A stretch of DNA of 64,000 nucleotides, taken from Acidobacteriota bacterium (GTDB lineage Bacteria > Acidobacteriota > UBA6911 > RPQK01 > JADFOI01). Both the position numbers and the translations under genes were made by a program. The notes under the pieces were generated by a model. That model made no database searches. It was not told the DNA's origin and saw only the letters and a program-made list of their open reading frames with translations. The DNA is taken from the NCBI GenBank assembly GCA_963663035.1, contig OY760074.1, positions 416,001 through 480,000 on the forward strand, written 5' to 3'. This document shows positions 59,326 to 64,000 of this stretch, piece after piece (the stretch's first letter is position 1; the number at the start of each line of letters is the position of its first letter).

Positions 59326-60182
59326 TGTTCACTCATCATTTTCAAGATACGGATTTGTAATTTTTCCATTCCTTCAATCAGGCGATGGTTGCCATGGGAA
59401 AGAAGTTCTCGGTCAAAGTCGTCCAGGATTCTCCCCTGCTGAACCGCCTTGATCTGATCCCAACCGGGTCTTTCGCGAATCACAGAAGCACTGACTGTGT
59501 ATGTCAGGATAATATCCGGATTACGAGAAATGATGGTTTCTTTCGAGGCTTGGAGAGCACCTTTTTCCACGTCGTCAAATACATTACGAGCACCACAAAG
59601 ATAAAACGCCTCCGTGATGAAACTCTTTTTCCCAATGGTCCAGGTGGGGAGATCGACCTCGATGTATACAGTGGGTCGAGGGCTCAGCTGGGCAGCGCGC
59701 TCTTTCACGGCCTGGAGGCGCTTTTCCATGTTGTCAATTATGGCCTCAGCCCGCTGGGATCGATCAACCACTTTTCCCACTTCCCGGATGGTTTGGTAAA
59801 TCTCCTCCAGGGAGGTCGGTGATGGGAGTTCCAGCACCTGTACTCCGAATGCTCTGAGGCGGGGAACAGTCCTGGAGGAGGGCCAATGTTCGGCGATCAC
59901 CAGGCTGGGTTTCAGAGTGACAATTTTTTCCAGATTCGGATTGAAAAAATCACCGATTCTTTCCTTCGGTTGTGCCGGGGAAGGATCGATGAAGTAATTG
60001 GTCACTCCAACCACCTGCTCTTCTACTCCCAGTTCGAAGAGGATCTCGGTCAAACTTGGAGCCAGAGAGACGATTCGAATCTCACCCTGGCTGACAACTG
60101 CAGGTGAGGGTCCCAGCCGAGTGTACTGGATCGCGAAAGTGACAAGGATGATGAGCACGGAGCCGCCGATGAATTTCTTCAT
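59322..60182 (-). CDS. Cobalamin-binding periplasmic protein (BtuF-like)
   Basis: RIVSLAPSLTEILF.LG, PNLEKI, RPGW..IKAV; adjacent to the B12 mutase. Confidence 0.85.
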   Translation of the reverse strand: MKKFIGGSVLIILVTFAIQYTRLGPSPAVVSQGEIRIVSLAPSLTEILFELGVEEQVVGVTNYFIDPSPAQPKERIGDFFNPNLEKIVTLKPSLVIAEHWPSSRTVPRLRAFGVQVLELPSPTSLEEIYQTIREVGKVVDRSQRAEAIIDNMEKRLQAVKERAAQLSPRPTVYIEVDLPTWTIGKKSFITEAFYLCGARNVFDDVEKGALQASKETIISRNPDIILTYTVSASVIRERPGWDQIKAVQQGRILDDFDRELLSHGNHRLIEGMEKLQIRILKMMSEQ

Positions 60183-60196
60183 TCTGAGCAGGGTCT

Positions 60197-60592
60197 TTAG
60201 TGAAGCTTCTTTCTCAAAAAGTCAATGATGTCAGTCGTTTTTGCGTTTGGTTGAAAGATTCTGTCCACACCTAATTCAGTGAGTTTAGGAATATCGTCGT
60301 CGGGAATGATACCACCTCCGAAAAGTAGGATATCATCCGCTTGAGTCTCTTTCAGGAGTTGTACCAGCCGGCCAAAAAGAGTCATATGGGCACCTGACAG
60401 GATGGACAAGCCCACGGCATCCACATCCTCCTGTATAGCCGTCTGGACAATTTGTTCAGGGGTTTGTCGAAGACCTGAATAGATGACTTCCATGCCAGAA
60501 TCGCGCAGCGCTCGGGCCACCACTTTGGCTCCTCGGTCATGGCCGTCTAATCCCGGCTTGGCTATCAAAACTCTAATTTTCTTCTCTGGCAT
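60197..60592 (-). CDS. Acyl-CoA mutase small (B12-binding) subunit
   Basis: [26 protein letters not shown]. Confidence 0.94.
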   Translation of the reverse strand: MPEKKIRVLIAKPGLDGHDRGAKVVARALRDSGMEVIYSGLRQTPEQIVQTAIQEDVDAVGLSILSGAHMTLFGRLVQLLKETQADDILLFGGGIIPDDDIPKLTELGVDRIFQPNAKTTDIIDFLRKKLH

Positions 60593-60609
60593 TAAAATAT
60601 TCTGGCATG

Positions 60610-60885
60610 AGTGTCTCGTCCCATGAATACCATAAGGTTTGTGGCGAGCGCGACGGCGTCAAGTTCGCGAAGCGACGACGACGCGATGCCAAGGTGTATC
60701 ACGGAGGAGGAGCGACAATGAAATTGATGCCGTCCCGCCGCCACCCTTCGGGCTGATGGGGGTTGCGGGCGATCTCTGTGTCGCTCGTCGTCGTCGATGT
60801 CCCTGACATCGCCTCCTCCTCGCTCCTTGATCTCCCCTCCCAAGCCCCATCAGCAAACATCTGGGTATACATGGGACGAGACACT
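60610..60885. mobile_element. 276-bp MITE, family 1
   Basis: Perfect TIR AGTGTCTCGTCCCATG...CATGGGACGAGACACT; copy of 8357-8632. Confidence 0.87.
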
Positions 60886-62395
60886 AGAAACTCGGTTCCT
60901 GATAAGTTCCAAACACCTCCTTCAGGGTATCGCAAATCTCGCCCAGTGTTGCGTACTCCTTGACGGCGTCGACTAAGAAAGGCATCAGGTTCTGATCCGA
61001 CCGTGCAGCCTCCTTGAGTTCGGCAAGAGTTCGCTTGACGGCCACACTATTCCGTCTGGAGCGAAGTTTCTGCAAACGTTGGACCTGATGCTCCTGAAGT
61101 GTGGGGCTCACTTGGAGGGTCTCTATGGCAGGGGCGTGATCGAGGGCGAATTCGTTCACACCGACGACAACCTTTTCCTTTCTCTCCACGGCCTTTTGAT
61201 ACTGATAGGAAGCTTCGTGGATCTCCTTCTGAGGAAAGCCTTTCTCAATTGCTGTGATCATGCCACCCATCGCGTCAATTTGCTCGAAGTATTTACGAGC
61301 TCCTTCTTCCATTTCGTTGGTCAAGGCTTCCACAAAATAGGAACCTCCCAGCGGATCGGCTGCGTCGGGAATACCGGTTTCATGGGCAAGAATCTGTTGA
61401 GTGCGAAGAGCAAGTCGTGCCGCATCTTCCGTTGGTAGTGCCAGCGCTTCATCGAGCGAGTTGGTGTGAAGGGAGTTTGTTCCTCCCAGAACCGCTGCCA
61501 GAGCCTGAATGGTGGTACGGACAACGTTGTTGGTGGGTTGCTGGGCGGTCAAACTGCAGCCTGCGGTATGAGTGTGGAAGCGACACATCCAGGATTGTTC
61601 CTTCTTTGCTCCGAAGTGGTCGCGCATGACGTGAGCCCAAAGGCGGCGCGCTGCTCTGAACTTCGCTATTTCCTCGAAGAAGTTATTGTGGGAATCAAAA
61701 AAGAATGACAATCGCGGTGCAAAGTCGTCAACAGCCATGCCTGCTCGAAGACACCACTCCACATATTCACTCCCGTCGCGAAGCGTAAATGCCAGTTCCT
61801 GCAGCGCGGTGGAGCCGGCTTCGCGGATGTGATATCCACTGATAGAGATACTGTTGTAGGCGGGAAGATGCTCGCTGCAAAATTGAATGGAATCCACCAC
61901 CAAACGCATCGACGGCTGGGGCGGAAAGATCCATTCCTTCTGAGCGATAAATTCTTTTAAGATGTCGTTTTGAACCGTCCCTCTGATTTGATTGCTGTTC
62001 ACTCCCTGTTTCTCAGCGATAGCCACGTACATGGCCAGGAGGATGGCGGCGGGAGCATTGACGGTCATGGAAGTCGTGACCTGATCAAGGCGAATGCCAT
62101 CAAACAAGATCTCCATGTCCTCCAGAGAATCGACTGCCACACCACATTTCCCGACTTCACCTTCCGAAAGAGGACTGTCTGAGTCAATGCCCATTAAAGT
62201 GGGCAAATCAAAGGCAATAGAAAGACCCGTTTGTCCCTGCTCAAGGAGAAACTTACAACGGCGATTCGTTTCCTCTGGGGTGCCGTATCCGGAGAACTGG
62301 CGCATGGTCCACAGCTTTCCCCGGTACATCGTCGAGTAAATTCCGCGAGTGTAGGGGAACTCACCTGGATCGCCTAGATCTTGCTCGTAGTCCAA
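60884..62395 (-). CDS. B12-dependent acyl-CoA mutase large subunit (MCM family, isobutyryl-CoA mutase signature)
   Basis: [47 protein letters not shown]. Confidence 0.92.
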   Translation of the reverse strand: MDYEQDLGDPGEFPYTRGIYSTMYRGKLWTMRQFSGYGTPEETNRRCKFLLEQGQTGLSIAFDLPTLMGIDSDSPLSEGEVGKCGVAVDSLEDMEILFDGIRLDQVTTSMTVNAPAAILLAMYVAIAEKQGVNSNQIRGTVQNDILKEFIAQKEWIFPPQPSMRLVVDSIQFCSEHLPAYNSISISGYHIREAGSTALQELAFTLRDGSEYVEWCLRAGMAVDDFAPRLSFFFDSHNNFFEEIAKFRAARRLWAHVMRDHFGAKKEQSWMCRFHTHTAGCSLTAQQPTNNVVRTTIQALAAVLGGTNSLHTNSLDEALALPTEDAARLALRTQQILAHETGIPDAADPLGGSYFVEALTNEMEEGARKYFEQIDAMGGMITAIEKGFPQKEIHEASYQYQKAVERKEKVVVGVNEFALDHAPAIETLQVSPTLQEHQVQRLQKLRSRRNSVAVKRTLAELKEAARSDQNLMPFLVDAVKEYATLGEICDTLKEVFGTYQEPSF

Positions 62396-62429
62396 TGAAG
62401 TTCAATTTAGGCACAGAGAGATCTAGCCG

Positions 62430-62858
62430 TCAAGGTGCGGACTTTTCCAGTTCGAGAGCCTTCTCAAAGAATTCCATGGCGTCGTCGTTCTTTCCTTCCT
62501 TTGTGCACTGGTAAGCCTTTTCTTTGTACAGAAGAGCTTTGGAACGGTTGGAGCTGACGGACTCCAGAGCCTGGTCCAGTAGAGCCTGGGCCAGCTCATA
62601 CTGTTGAAGATCGCTTAAGGCGGTGGCAAGAATTCGACCCTCGGTGACGAAAAGAGGCTCCTGGTTGTAAGGAAAGCTCAGGGAGAAGATTTCTTGGGAT
62701 GCGTTCAACACTTTGTCGAACTCTTTCCCATTAATGAGGAGCATCACGATCTCATGCTGTGCCTCTGCGATGCTCCGAGTGCGCTCCCAGCCTTGGGAGT
62801 CGATCATATTCGTCTGAGGGCCTAAAAGAAGCAGGAGAGCAAGCAGATGGGGCATCAA
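62430..62858 (-). CDS. Secreted TPR protein
   Basis: Signal-like N-terminus; TPR-like C-terminus LYKEKA...AMEFFEKALE. Confidence 0.7.
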   Translation of the reverse strand: MMPHLLALLLLLGPQTNMIDSQGWERTRSIAEAQHEIVMLLINGKEFDKVLNASQEIFSLSFPYNQEPLFVTEGRILATALSDLQQYELAQALLDQALESVSSNRSKALLYKEKAYQCTKEGKNDDAMEFFEKALELEKSAP

Positions 62859-62861
62859 GAT

Positions 62862-63371
62862 TTACTCCACTTTGAAGGGATTTCCCCGAGAGGTTAAATT
62901 TACCATGAAAGGATTGGGATAGGCTGCTTGCAGGGCCGGACTTACTGTGTATCGGGAAACGCTAATCTCGGCGATTTCCAGCTCTTCTCGCTCCTGAAGG
63001 TAGGTCTGAAGAGCCTGCTCCATCTCCATATTTCGCTCATAGACAAAGAAAAGTGAAAGAAAAGCTAGGCCTAGTGTGCCTGCTGCAACCGGCATCCAGC
63101 GAACGCCGAAGAAAGATCGAAGGCCAAGAAGCCAGCTGGACTCCTCGGTGCGCACATCGGTGATCTCTGAGTGAATTCTTGTCCATAGGTTCGGATTCAA
63201 CTTCAGGGGTCTGAGTTGCTCAATCAATTTCTGGGAGTCAAGGAGAGACTGGTATTCTTCATGACACTGGGCGCACTCAGTGAGGTGGCTTTCGACTTCT
63301 TTCGCCTGGTCACGGCCCAATTCCGCATCCATGAAAGCTGTCAGGGACTCAGAATAAGTTCGACATTCCAT
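62862..63371 (-). CDS. Zinc-finger (zf-HC2) anti-sigma factor
   Basis: MEC...HLTECAQC and a single TM helix; follows the ECF sigma gene. Confidence 0.88.
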   Translation of the reverse strand: MECRTYSESLTAFMDAELGRDQAKEVESHLTECAQCHEEYQSLLDSQKLIEQLRPLKLNPNLWTRIHSEITDVRTEESSWLLGLRSFFGVRWMPVAAGTLGLAFLSLFFVYERNMEMEQALQTYLQEREELEIAEISVSRYTVSPALQAAYPNPFMVNLTSRGNPFKVE

Positions 63372-63375
63372 AGTT

Positions 63376-64000
63376 CTATCCCAGGTAATCCTTTACTTTT
63401 CCCCTGACCTCCACTCTAGCACGGTGGATATCTGACTTGACTGAGGCCAAGGATCGACCAACGATCTCACTGATTTCCATATAGCTTAGCTTGTGAACGG
63501 CCGAAAGGACAAAAACTTTTTTGTACTTGTCAGGCAGTTTGTAAATAACTTCTTCTACCACCCGCTCTAATTCGTCTGACAAAAGACGATCTTCGGGGCC
63601 TTTCTGTGGAGCTGCCAGCCTCTGGAGCTCGGAGCCTTCAGACGATTCGGTTTCAGAATCCGAATGGAACTGGGGTCTAAACCCGCGGTACTGCTGGTAG
63701 ACGTTGTTCTGTGCGATACGGAAGAGCCAACTTTGAAACTTACCGTTTTCCTTGAGAGATTTTAAGTTCTTGTATGCTAGGACAAACGTATCCTGAGCCA
63801 AGTCTTCTGCTTCTTCACGCGAACCGGTCAAACGATAGATATAGTTCAATATTTTTCTGCCATAGAGCTCGTACAGCTCTTGAAATGCTTCAACATGACC
63901 CTCCTTTGCCCTGGAAACTGTCCCACTTAACTCCTCTCCAGAGATCGAAGAAGTCTGAGCTTTTTTCTGAGGTGTAGGCCCTCTGGTTCGCTGTTCTTTC
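63376..64000 (-). CDS. ECF RNA polymerase sigma factor (5' end beyond window)
   Basis: AFQELY, EAEDLAQDTF, FQSWLFRIA, LSYMEISEI...VKSDIHRAR; frame open to the window edge. Confidence 0.92.
   Translation of the reverse strand, partial: KEQRTRGPTPQKKAQTSSISGEELSGTVSRAKEGHVEAFQELYELYGRKILNYIYRLTGSREEAEDLAQDTFVLAYKNLKSLKENGKFQSWLFRIAQNNVYQQYRGFRPQFHSDSETESSEGSELQRLAAPQKGPEDRLLSDELERVVEEVIYKLPDKYKKVFVLSAVHKLSYMEISEIVGRSLASVKSDIHRARVEVRGKVKDYLG

Noticed and set aside
60183-60609. Cobalamin riboswitch upstream of the btu-like genes
   Set aside because: The region is coding or very short spacer, and no B12-box was seen

Overview
Bacterial chromosomal window of mostly housekeeping genes. Gene order and protein styles suggest Acidobacteriota (inference). 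It contains cytochrome c oxidase subunits I/II, dGTPase, yceD-rpmF-fabDG-acpP-fabF, 7TM-HD/ybeY/corC/ribD, an IS3 element at an apparent deletion junction, crp-like/thiE/NSS transporter/accBC/M24 peptidase, a pilNOPQ cluster (pilN frameshifted, no pilM), rplM-rpsI-rpsB-tsf-pyrH-frr, pdaD, lepB-carAB, a non-canonical radical SAM gene, P5C dehydrogenase, 2-oxoacid:ferredoxin oxidoreductase, fadN, a complete his operon headed by a TrpR/YerC-like repressor with a visible operator, tpx, an M28 peptidase, and an ECF sigma/anti-sigma + B12-dependent acyl-CoA mutase (ICM-type signature) + Btu-like ABC cluster. The most unusual signal is non-coding. Strand-polarised heptamer tandem repeats start at or inside the stop codons of eight genes and include a 45-unit (ACCTCCT)n anti-Shine-Dalgarno/SD array directly upstream of the his promoter. 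There are also two MITE families with nested modules and a circularly permuted REP/PATE-like doublet. No rRNA, tRNA or CRISPR array was recognised.
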